Assembly (NCBI GenBank): GCA_964036045.1
Contig: OZ038378.1
Coordinates: 7,068,001 to 7,132,000 of the forward strand
Origin: Eutreptiella sp. 'Long Island Sound 2002'
Lineage: Eukaryota; Protista; Euglenida
Direction of reading: 5' to 3'
DNA: 64,000 bases
The position numbers and the translations under genes are program-made. The notes under the pieces are model-generated. The model did not search any database and was not told the DNA's origin. It was given only the letters and a program-made list of their open reading frames with translations. Shown here one piece after another: positions 1-12,700 of the stretch; within the stretch, counting starts at the first letter, position 1, and each line of letters opens with the position of its first letter.

Positions 1-151
1 AGCCCAGACATTTCAAGTGCGGCAATCCACGGCAGTACAGCATCACAGCAATGAGCAAATGCTGTGTCTAGGTGATGTAACCTCTCGCGAAGAATTGATT
101 TCTCACCTCGGAAAACGTGAACGCCGTTCCGCGGTTTGAGGGAGGGATTCA

Positions 152-777
152 TCAGGATAAAAGACATCTTCGTCTGAACCAAACCCCCCCAAATGATTGT
201 GGTGCATTCTGGGGGTCAACTAGATAAATCGGCGACTGACGCCAAGAGAAGAGATGCCAACGTCCTATCGCATTGTTGTACATCTTCGCGATGATCGCGA
301 CTTGGGTGCACTGTACAGTCCGCATTTTCTGATGGAAAGTGTGGCTCTCCATGTACCAATGCCGGAATTCCACGCATCTGGCAACAGACTTATGTGGCTT
401 CAGAACCACAAGTACAGTTGGTCCTTAAAAGGTAAACACCCAACATTCACACCAGCATGCAAACCGACTCAACTGGAAGTCAGCAGCGAATTGCATGCAA
501 CACACAGCATCATCATGTCAGCCATATGACACGGAGGATCGAAAACCTTCCAGGTTTGCACCTGCTGTTCTGCTGTGCTCATAAAGCTGAAAAGGTCTCC
601 TACGCTTTTTGGGAGGCTTGGTAGGGACCACTACAGCGCCAGCGCCAAGCAGCTGCTGCATATTTGTCCAGCAAGGTGGGGCTTCAGCAACAATTGCCTC
701 ACTCTTTGGCTTGGGGTCGCGGCTTGGAGCCCTTGGTGCGCTTTTTTGGGCCCGTCTTGGAATTGGTAGAGGGGTTG
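152..777 (-). CDS. Candidate last two exons (547-777 and 152-423) ending at TGA
   Basis: 547-777 (phase 1-1, TPLPIPRRAQKSAP...KKRRRPFQL...) joins in phase to 423 (acceptor cttttaAG) and reads to a stop at 152. Confidence 0.6.
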
Positions 778-3700
778 CTGAGCAACAGAGTTGCTGTATG
801 CCATGGTGGCAGACTAGGATGGTTGTTCCAACACAGGCGCCCAAATTTGCAGGATCCAGTCAGCAGCCACACTTCACAGACCTACGAGACGAGACGCAGG
901 GCTTTCAGTTCAGGCAATTTTCTTGCACAGGATTCTGCTGTACACCAAAATGCCAATGTTTGCAAATGGGTCTGTTTGTGCTGTATGAAGGCACACGAGC
1001 AGGTGCCATACCAGAGCACCAACTACACAGCCACCACCATTGCAGCAAGCAGCGGACTCAACTTGAACAACGCAGAGTGTGGGCTAAAGGCAGTGTGCCA
1101 GTTAGGTTTACACAGTGGTTTGGTTTTTGGGAGGGAACTTGTCTCCAGTGTTGGTCCACACCGGGTGGGAAAATGTTTTGGTAGAACCCACTCTCAACGT
1201 CAGCCCTCTATACACAACTGCTGCTTCAGCCCCTCCCAGGCGTCAGTGCCATGCACGGGGGCTGCCGCCAGCCAATGTGTGACCCCCGTCTCTTAGGCTG
1301 GCTTGGGTCAACTCTCTCTCCCTCGGTGGCAACGGGGCCCGGAAATTGTTGAAGGCTTCCAACACTTTTGTTTTCTGCTCTTTGCTGCACCCGGGATAGT
1401 CATGGGATACATTGGGGTGCGTATCCCTAACTTGAGGGGCCATGCCAAGCGTAAGAGTCCGTATCCCGAACTCGAGAGGCCACGCCAAAAGTGTGGGAGT
1501 CCGTATCCCCAACTCAAGGGGCCACACCAAAGGCGTAGGAGTCTGTATCCCCAACTCGAGGGGCCACGCCAAGGCGTGGGAGTCCAAAAAAAAAAAAAAG
1601 AAGGAAAAAATGGGAGACAAAATTGTTCACCTTGTCACACAAAGGGGCCCCAACAAAAGCAGGAACTGGCTTTGTGCGTTTTTGAATCCCCCTGAAAATC
1701 TGAGCACGGTTCGCCCCGTACCGGGTGCCTAAAACAAAATCTCCGGCGCCTTGGGCGCCGACAAGGCACATTGTGTGCCGTGCAACCATTTTGGGGTCCG
1801 TAGAGCCCCCCCCTAGGGTCGGCCGTGCTGCCATGTCAGCCGGCAGACTGCACACAAAGTCTTCACCAAGACTGTGAACTTTGGATGGTGTTCACCACTA
1901 CAAGTGCGGGAAATGTAACACCAGACCAAGGGGGTCCAAAGCACAAAATTCCACCATCCAGCCAAGAATGGACCCCCTCTATGGGGCAGATGGCCCAAAA
2001 CACCCAATCCACTACACTTTGTGCCTGTTTGCATGTGAGGGGCATAACTTCAATTCGAACCCAAATACACTGTCCTATGGGTGAACTCAAGGCAACATTC
2101 AGTATTGGTTCAGAAGTGCTGCATTGCATTGCATTGCAGGAGAACAATCACGAGCTATGACCGATCACAGTGCATCTTGTTAGCTTTGTCTGTTTGTGCG
2201 TTCGGAGGTGCGCGACGAAAAGGTGCTGGGTTGGGTTCAATGGGGGGGGGGGTCCCCCTACAGCCCCCAAAACGGTGTAGCACCGCCTATGGGGCTAGTG
2301 GGGGCATGAGGAGCCTTCCAGCATGGGGGCAAGAGAAAACCAACCATTCACCTAGCCACTTGGTTTCACATTGCATGCACAACGCTCTCGCCATTGATCA
2401 CCCCCTCCAAAAAACACCTTCCATTTGGGTACAGGGGGCGCAGGGATCAAAATAAAAAAATTCATTGAGGGATCATTAGGTCTCCCAAAATGATGATTTT
2501 ACAAGGGGTTGGACATCCGATATCATACCTTGCGGTATGCTACACGAGAATGCTACGCAAATGCCCAAAATAGGGCTCTAACACCATGTCTTCAGGGTGA
2601 TTTCAGGCGCCTTCCACGCCAAATTGAGACCAAACGTGGACGAACATTTTGGCCATTCACACGGGGGGGGGGGGGGGGTGCTGGTGTCAAGGGCTGCAAC
2701 TGGGCGCCCCTCCTGTGCAGGGGGCCATGGGAGACGCGGATCCACATGCTGTGGGAGTGTCCAAAGTGGCAGGGGCAGCCGGGTGATGTGGCACCTGCTC
2801 AAACAGGTAGAGGCCTTCCCCCGTTTGGCACTGGCCATGCCCACAGCCTTTCCGGTGTGCCTGCAGGCCATGAGTCTCCGGCCAGTAGACACTTGTTCCC
2901 CAAGAGGATTAGGACCAAGCTACTGTATCGCCATGTACAGCATGTACTTGGCAGTATTGGCAACGCAAATGGCAGCCAAAGAGGCCAAATAGTAACCATT
3001 TCCCCGGACCATTCTACCTCCTCACTCGCGCAAGAGCATCTTAGACCTTAAAAGACGTTTGCCGGCAACCCTACTCTAGCACACACACACACTCTCTCTC
3101 TCTGTGCCATTGCCTAGTGCAGCCTATTGAAGCATGTTTGTAGTGTGGAAGAGGTTTGCAACCATTCTGACCACCCTTCAAAGCAATCCATGGCCCACAG
3201 GGCCCGCCACCACAGCTTAGAGCCTCCAAATGAGCACCAACAATGCGTACAACAGCCGCAACTTTCAAGAGCACCAGCACACCATACCTATCTACAGTCC
3301 CGACTCTGACATCTGTGTTGAACCCACCAGCTCCCCAAATCCTTATCATTGTTCCCTCTACCCGTTTCTTACCCCTCAAACTCTGAGACAGAACTCGGAG
3401 ATGGGACTGCGACCCTGTCAATAGTCCTTACCATGGCTCAGTGTCCATTGGGACCAGACTCAACAAGCCCCACATCACCTGTGGGGTATCACTATCCCCC
3501 CCTGCCCTTGCATCCCCAGAGCCAGAATCCTAGACGTCTGGGTCGGACGCACTCAAGTCTATCTCTAGCCTACGCGCCCACAATGCACATACTACCCATC
3601 CCCAACGTGTTGGCAGGTTCATTCCCCTACCTGCATGTGTACCGATCCATGCACCCACTTGACCTCCCCAACTAACTAGCTTTTCCAACTCAACAATGAG

Positions 3701-6700
3701 CCTTTTCCACAAGTCAATTTTGACCTCAAGCTTCCCTACTAACATCACCCAGCCTTGCTCTCTCCTACAGAAAACCCCACCCTCCCCACACGACATTGAT
3801 TACTTGGAGTCCATACACATAGCGAACCTTGAATCCCTAGAGAGCCTCGATGGCCACCCACAACTCCACTGTGTAATTTTTCTGTGTGACTTGTCTGACT
3901 AGTCACAAAGGCACAAAATGGGTCCACAACCAACTCTGCTGGTTTTCATTGCTGGCCACAGACAGATCCATGGTCTTATGGTGTTGCTAAGGGGTTCAGC
4001 TCTTACTGCACTGAACAGGATTGAACTGAGGAAGCATGTTAAGGTTGGCGCTGAAAAAAAAACCGGACACTCAAAAAAATATTCGGCACCCAGCGCCCGG
4101 CACCAATGCAGCCATTTCTGTCTCAATTCCCATGCAAATCACAAGCAGCGCTCAGCTTTGACATGGCAGAGCAAATGGTATTGGGCAAAGAGAGGAGCCG
4201 ACGGCAGCCTTTGGCTCATCCCTGACTGCATGACACACTAGACAATGCAAAAAAGAAATGCACCAAAAGCAAGCAGTTGTGAAGGGAATACCTTTGCTCC
4301 TTCTTCGGGGACAATGCCGTACATGGACATCAGAGTTTCTATGATGGTGTGCCCAGGCAGCACATCAAATGGTAATGTTGGGTGGGCAAATTTGCACTTC
4401 CATCGACTCTCATCACAGGTTCCCTGTGTCACAGTGTGTTGAGTTTAGAGGTTGAATAAAAAGGCCAAAAAAAATGCACTTACAATTAAACTTGCAGTGG
4501 AGTGGCATCCGGCTACAATGACTCAGCCATGGAAGCTGCACATGAGACGGATTATCAGAACCACCATGACAGTGACACAAGGTGTGCAGAGCGAGGGCGG
4601 CATCAAGGTTGAGTGAGTATGCCGGCTGGTACTTCCAGGTGTGTGTACTTGTTCACCTTTTTTTCGCGGGGGGGGGGGGGGGGGCGGGTTGAAAAATGGG
4701 CTGGAGTCACGCTTCACAGGGCACTTTCCATCCACATTCTTCATGTTTGCTTAATCTCATGGGGAAAACATTCCTTCCTTGGATTGGACTCTTGCAGCTC
4801 CAGGTTGCGAGCTGCTGATGTGTGCAGTCTGGTTCATGGAATTGCCAGTCGGCAATCTCTGCTTGGTCTTGCACAGCCTCTTGTGCACCGGCATTGGGGA
4901 GCTGAACACACATCATTTTCTCCAGCCACGACCAGATGGATCAAGTTGACACGTTGACAAGTCTGCCTGGGCCTCTGAGAGGCAGAATTGCGGTTGATGA
5001 TTAACTGCAGCTGTTGCTGCTCACTGATGGGGCACCTGGGAAAGCTTTGTTGTTAAGTATAGAGCCCCACATCAGCTGCCAAACGCAGGGCTTGCTTGTG
5101 GTGACATTGAGGATTGTAGGACAGAACCTGGTATCCCCGGTCCAAGTGAGTAGTGGGATCAGGGCAGGGGCTTGATGGCACGCATTGACACCACAGTCGG
5201 GACTGTCAAGGCACCCAAGACTGTACTGTCAGTTCTGTCTACTTCAGTCAAGGGGCTGCTCAAGGTCAAACAGGGGTAAGCAAATGTGCATCAGCGGAAC
5301 ACAGTGGAAAATAAGGGGATGCTGGGAGCTCAAAAACACAAAGTTGGGGGGATCAGAGCTAGTTGGTTACCATGGAGTACAAGCAGTGAGCAGTGCATCT
5401 TGGGTGTAGCGGTCTGAGCAGTTGGACAAATAATGCTCTCACCAAATAAACCCTCAGGGGCACTTGTTCTCCCCGCTGTTGAGGGACACACATGACCTTA
5501 ATCAATAAGCAGGTCATGTGCATGCATTTGATGTAGTATACAATCTACTGCATTCACCTACCAAAAAATGTTCCATTGGGTGCAGACAAACAATGTAAAC
5601 TATTTCTTCCCTAAACCACTGGATACACACAAAAGTACTGTCCCACCTGCCCTGTTCACATGCCCTATGCCACAGCCAACTTCTGTGTGGCTTCAAGACG
5701 GAAGATTGCCCAAAGAACCCTAGGTGTGCAACAAAGTGTAAGTGCCAAATGGGACCCCACCGAATCAAAAAAAACATGAAATGGCCAACCTGCGCGCCTC
5801 ACTTCAGCTGCTTTTGTGCAAACACTACGAATTAGGTGCATGCAAGGGTGGCCAATGGCAGTGGCTGCGATAATTTGTTTAAATGTACCAAACCCAAAAA
5901 GTAGCAATGTAATCATAGATAAAATCATAAATCCGCACATGGCAACCAGTGGTTGATGCAGCTATGCAAATAATGTCATAGCAACACAAATAATCTTCCT
6001 AGGCATCAGTTTCGAGGCTCTCATGGAGCAAGTGTAGCGCCTGACTGCTCTTCTGTGCTGGTCTGCTCTGCTCTGTTCTGTTCCCCCTGGTATGTCAGCA
6101 TAAGATCTTTTACAGATTGTGAGTCTCTGTGCTTCCCTACGTCAGAACAACACCATTGCTGAAGACGATGGGCTTTCAATAGTAGTAGCACAGGTGCAAT
6201 GGGTCTCTGTTTGGCCCATTGATGCTCCAACACCCATGCCGGCCAATATCACAGTGCCCCCAGAAGGCAGGATGTGAGGCAAGCCCTCCCATAGCGGAAT
6301 CTCCCCACATTCCAGCCTTCAATGGCTACAATATCATCCATGCACCCTGCTGGAAATGCCGTGCACCCCCGTGGCCCTGAGCTACAATGATTTGTGCTGG
6401 AGAGCACTCTCTGAACTTCATGTCGGAAATGACGGCATGTGAAGCCTCTGCTAGTTCCTTACTGTGCTCATAAATGCTGCCTCAACGCCTTGGTATCCCA
6501 CCCACACCTGTACCACCATTTACCCACAAATATCCAGTGGAACTTTGCAGTGGGGCAGGGGGCCATGAATCATTTCATCATGCTCCAAAATACCAACGAC
6601 AATGCAAGCACTGCCCGGGGGGGGGGGGGGGGGTCCTCGCGGTTCTGGATGCCAACACCCCCCCCAACTAACCGTTGGCTGGAGGCCCCCTGCCGGGGAT

Positions 6701-9700
6701 CAATGGTCGGTGCTGATCGACTGAATGTCCCCGCCATAGACACTTTCAGCCATTAGTCCAGAGGTTCTCTAACAGATGCATGTGTCCCCTTCTTGGTTGG
6801 GGTGCTCCACTGCCGGGGGGGGGGGGGGTGGGGGGATTTGGGGTGGGCCCGGGGGGGGGGGGGGGAGGGGTCCCCTTACCTCCCCTTGCCCTCCCTCTAA
6901 CCATACCATCACCTAACCCTAACCTTTGCAGCAAGCTAGTTTGGCCATGCCAGCCATGTTGATTGGGATGAAAAAGATCCTCCAAACTTCATTCGTGGCT
7001 GCTTTTGCCACATCATTGCTCTCCATTTTGGACCCCAACACTAACTCTTGACCCTGGCCTAGGGTTAGAGCTAGGGCTAGGGCTAGGGCTAGGGGTAGGG
7101 GTAGGGTCAAGACTAGGCTAAGGGTTGGGGCATTGGGGGGGAGTCCCATTTTGATAAGCCGCATTTGCAAAACCCACACACTACAACGACCAATTTTTGT
7201 TGCCGTCGAATCAACGCATGAATCTGTTGTTATGCATGCCGTCGAGGCAATAAAGCGGGGGGAGGGGCATCACTCCACGGATCAAGCTGAGCTAGGCTCC
7301 TCAGTCCACACTAGCACCCTTCTTTTTCCGAATCCAAAAACCTGTACTGATGGTCAAAATGCCAAAGACGGATAGGTCTCCGAGTAATGTACCTCCAAGC
7401 CATACCACCACACAATTTAAGTTCAAGGGAGGCATGTCACCGGCCGGTTTATGCAAGGGCTGAACATGCCCCATCTAGAAGCGGAGAGGAACGAATACGG
7501 TTGCCATCCTGGGGTCAACATGGCCTCAACACCTCAACAAAATAGCCCAAGGGGGTGGGATTAAGGGGGGGGGGGGGGGTCCTTGAGTTGACTGAGCCCG
7601 GACTCTTGTGGAGCACAGAAAAGAAGCAGGAAAATTTGCAACAAATTCCACAGGAAGATCAGTGAAAGAAGGAACAATAATTTGTGTAAAGGAATGCAAA
7701 GCTTGGGAAAAAACAACAAAGCAAAACAGACCTGTTCTGAAAAACGCTCTAACAAATATCCACATTTGAAATGCAGTATAGAGATGGTCAACGATGTACC
7801 TGCCTTTGACACTTCCCCTTTGCTCAACAACTTTGTGACAAGCCCTTGCTCCTATTGAGCAAGAATGCTTGTTACAAATGCTTGTTCAGCTGAATGACCA
7901 AGCTGTAAACCATTTATGCAACGTGTTCTACAACATGAGCAGCTGGCGTCTAAACCACCCCCCCTATTAATATCACATGCGTGATATTATTTCAGTGCGT
8001 GATATTATTTCGTGTGTGATATTATTTTGACCCCGCCCTTGCCCCCCTACTGCAGGTCTTTTTCTTGTAATGACTGATTGTGCTGACATTCCCTTTCTTG
8101 CTGATGGGATTGAGGCGCGGCAGTATGATGAACTTGCTGTCGAACATGCCTTTGAGGCCATGATTGATGAAGACGTGTCTGACGGTGAGGAGTACTCTAC
8201 TAGGGATGATTGGGACAGTGATGATGACAGTGCTGCCGCTACCATACAGCACACCATAGCATGTATGTGCGTCACATGGAGCACAAGGGCAAGCTAACTG
8301 CTGCACAACAGCGGAATTTGTTTGTGGAGTTGTGCTACAGTGGCCTTGAGTCTGCAACTTCCCACCACGATGTGCCCAAAGTATTCCAGGAACTGGGGTA
8401 TATTGATCCCAAAAAGGCACGGCTTCGCATCCCCTATGTGTTTGTTTCCCCAAATATTCAACCGCAAGCTGTTGCAGCTACAAAGCCTAAGCCCAGACCA
8501 AAGCACGGCAGTTGTCCATGAATGCATTTTTGGCACAAAAATAACTGCATGGCAAGCGCATCAATGATTTCCCATAGTGTTGTGGTTATTATTGTTATTG
8601 GTGGGACTGTCAAACGGACAACATGCGTGCGTGACATGATTTCAGCAGTCCAAAATGTTATCATGCGTGCGTGATGCTATTTCGGTATTATTTCGGTGCG
8701 TGATGATAATAGGGGGGGGGTTTATTGGCACAATGCCCAGTGCTTTGGGGATTGTGTTCAAATCAGCAAGAGACAAATTCACCAAAAGTAAACCCCTTCA
8801 GGCATTCATGAAAAATTGGTTGTGTGTGGGAACAAACAGGTCAGCGAAATTAACATACATGGCCCCAGCATCGCCATCAAGACCATGTGTCAAGCAAAGT
8901 GCACACAGGTCACGAACTAGTGTTTTGGCCATCGGAGGCCAAACACTTGTAGGTATGAAAACCACTCCCTTTTTTGATGCACCAGGGAGGACGGGGGGGG
9001 GGGGGGGGGTTGCACTTCCTGACTGGATGGCTGCAAAATATACGTTGACAAAGGATTGGTGAAGGACCTCCATGCCAAGGTGGGTGGTGTAACACAAAAG
9101 AGCTGAAGCAAAAGACTACAGGACCAAACCACCAAATGTTCATGTAGGGCAGGGTACGTGGTCAGTTCGGGGATGCTTCAGCAATGGCAGGGGCATAAAG
9201 CAAGAGAGATGCAGAGATTCAGAGACCTTAACCCAATCCAGGCAAATAGTGGAGTCCCAGTCTGGGGCATCTCGAAAATGCTTCTGCCCATTGTCATCTT
9301 GATTCTTTGGGGATTGTCCATTCACAGGTGCAGTTGGACATGGGATGCACTTGGACGGCAGCAGTGATTTGGCCTTTGCCCTGGGGTTGGGCCTTGGCTT
9401 TGGGGACTGCACAGGAGAATCACTCATCATGTGCTTAGGTGACTGCATGGGTGAATTGTATGCCACAGGAGTAACTGGGGTTGCCCTCTCAGGAGGGCCC
9501 TGGGCCCATTTGGGGATGAATGGAGGTGCAGATGCCCTGAGGTCTGACTTGATCTCGATGCGCTGTTGCTGTGAACAGAGAAAACAAAGACACATGGATC
9601 AGTGAAACAACGCAGCCTACCCAGCAACCTGCAACCTGGCTTCACCTCAGTTGGATAAGATCTGCTCAGGCTTCTTTCAGAAGCACCTTCTCAAATAGAG

Positions 9701-12700
9701 TTGTCAAAAGCTGCAGGCAATTGAAATGAGGGTGCCTCAACGCACCGCGCACCCGCACTGCGCGCTTTAGTAGACATATCACTTACCGATGTACTGCACA
9801 ACTTTTTCAGACAGGGACGCGGTGGCCCAAGGGGTTTTGTGAAATGATCAGTGCAACTTGAAAATGTTTGGTGTCATCCTGCAGCGCAACGTTGAGGCTC
9901 TCAGTTTCAGGACAATCCTGAACGTCAGCTGCGGTAGGCTCTCCCCACGCACAATGGGGAAGGTGAGCCGCTCCACAGGGCAATCACAGTAAAGCTGCGT
10001 ATGGCCTCAGCGCTCGCAGCTGATGGCGACACACTTTGGGAAGGATAAGAGGCCCACAACAGTGGCAGGCACACGTTCCCCTGTGGTGCCTCTCAGGTAA
10101 AAGACATTACTGCCCAGCGCCAAAGGTCAGCATTCATTGCCATGTGTTCTGTGGAAAGCAAAGGAGGCAAAACACAGTCACACTGATATTTTCGAATGCA
10201 CAAGGTGCCCTGCTGCCCACTCTTACACCCAACATTGATAATCCCACCCAAACACAACAATTGGCCACCCATTTGTGATGCTAAGGCTCCTATGACTGCT
10301 TTTGGGCAACATTCCATGGTACCGCCATTCAACACCAACCGGGCTAAAGTTGCACCGCACGCCTGCACCGCGCGCACTGCATGTGCACCGCGCGCGGGGC
10401 ACCCTCAATGGCAGGGAAATGTTCTGCTGCAGGCAAAGATCGGCATGCTTTTCAGAATATGACAACAGCGGCCAGACCTTCAGAAAGCAGGGACTCAACT
10501 TGCTCTACAGAGGCATCATGTTAGTTCCACTGTATGAGGGTCTCTCCATTGTGTGCACGGGTTCATTTTGACTATCGCAGTCAATGTTGAGATGCTGTGC
10601 ATGGCCCCACACCATGATAAGTGCGCACTCTACTCTGGAAACATCAGCTGCAGTTCTCAGTACATATGAGGTTGGGACAGGGGGGGGGGGGGGATAAAGA
10701 GCTCAGTGAGTGTGGCTGTTTGACTTCGGGTGTATGCACTGTCTTGAGTTTGTGAGACATAAATTGTTTACATTGCTTGCCCCAAGCCACCGAGAAAAAG
10801 TATTTTATGATAGGTGTGAGTGGAACCGCTGTCCCTCTGCTCATAAGGGCCTCTTCTGCCCCTTGGCCTACCTCCCACGACGGCACTGGCATGGTTCAGT
10901 GTGCCAACAGCAATGGAGATGTAGATGAGGGAAGGAGGAGAGAGAGCGAGAGACAGAGAGCGATGGTCAGTTCTCATTGACTGAATGCCCCTGCCATAGG
11001 CACTTTCAGCCTTTCAGTCCAATGATGTGTGTTCTTCAATAAAGCTGCATTCCACTGTACAAAGTGGGCTTGTTGAAGTTTCACCCATAATTACAGACTA
11101 AAGCCATCCATGCATAGTATAGGACATAGTCACGTGAACCATCACACCAGCAGCAAAGACGGGGAAGGGGGGGGGGGGGCTAATTAAGGTGAGCTAAGCA
11201 TAGTACGCATGGGGGGTACTATCCAGGTACGCACTTGGTGTCCATGTGCAGCTGTTGCCGACTGCCTCCCTCCACAGACCACAGCAAAATTAGTGCTACT
11301 GTGTGTACTACAGCAGAGACAGCAGAGACGTGGACAACTTTCCAGCCCCAGCCCCACAAACCTGTGGAGAGTGCTGCTGAGGGAGAGCACACGTGATTTC
11401 CAAACTGACAGGGGTGGCTGCAAAAGTCGTGCGAGGCTCTGGCCCAGGAGGGGCTGCCTTGGTCTTCGGAGACTCTGTACCAAAATCTGGCTCGAAAATT
11501 GGTGCGTCGATCAGTGGGCTTATCATGGAGTCCAAATCCGCAATACACTCCAAAACATTCTCTTGGCTTGGTTTGGGTGGCCACTCTTTGGCAGAGTTGA
11601 GGTCACTTTTGCTCCGAGCAAGGTCAGCACTCCAGATGTTGGCCCCTTCAGCCTGCAAATGAATCGAACGCATTGCAGTACCCACAATTACAGTGAATGG
11701 CCCTAGTGGCCCTCCCATTTGCTGTGATAGGGAGCAGCATTTTGCCAAATTACCAAAAAAGCCATAGGTCTTCCCAAGTCCCTTGATGCCTAAAACCCTT
11801 TTTTCGCCCCAATTACTGTGAAAGGCTGTAGATTCTCCCCAAAAGGTTAGTGCTACTGGTTCGTTCAGTGCTACCCATCAGCGGTACAATACATGAGAGG
11901 GGGCTTCAGCAGTGTTGACCTGTCAACTTGAGAAATGAGCGGCATTTCATGCTTGCCTTCCAGATACCCCTGCTGTTCAACTGCCACCATCAGCACTCCC
12001 TCCTTCCCTGGGTGGACAAGGGGTCAACCAGGCACACAGAATCACACCCAAGGCCCCTGCACCATGGTTCTGGCAAAAGGTACCAAAGCACAGCCCTAGG
12101 AGTGTTTCCGAGGTTTCACAGGTTTGTAACCAAGGGACCAGGTGCCCTACCCGGACAGCCAAACCACCCTTAATTTTGACCAAAATTCTGCTGGGCTTGA
12201 TCCTGTCCACATCACCAGATGTGCACAGCTACAGAAGAAAATGAGCCCAAAGAATGGTGTAAGAAAGATTGGGCTGTGTGTGCCCCATGGGGTTGAAAAA
12301 ATTACCTGAAGAGGGCCCAAAATACGCTTTACATGGGACATTGGATCATTGTGAGTGGTCACAATATCAAAAAAAACACGATTTTGGAAGTTCCAAATTG
12401 CCTCGAAGGGAGACGACCAACTGTTGGCTGGAGGCATCCCCTGGGGGGCCACAATGGGTCAGGTTTGCTTCACTGCAATTAGCTCCCCTGGGGGGGGGGG
12501 GGGGCTACGGGGCTACGGGGCTTCCGGGGGCCCATGGGCCTAGCAGCCACTGCGTAGGTCCGCATGGGTGCAAGAGTACCCGTATTGTCACCAATTGGCC
12601 ACCCAAATCCATACAAAAGAGTTTCGGAAAAGGACAAATTTCGAAAATTCTATTGCCTTCGGCAAAGCACCTCAAAGAGAGACAACCAACTGTTGGTTGA

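Noticed and set aside
664-1296. 210-aa plus-strand ORF
   Set aside because: No recognisable domain, and it overlaps a better-supported minus-strand exon (547-777).
1243-1732. ORFs with 14-aa repeats (VRIPNSRGHAK)
   Set aside because: By-product of a 42-bp minisatellite open in several frames on both strands; no coding evidence.
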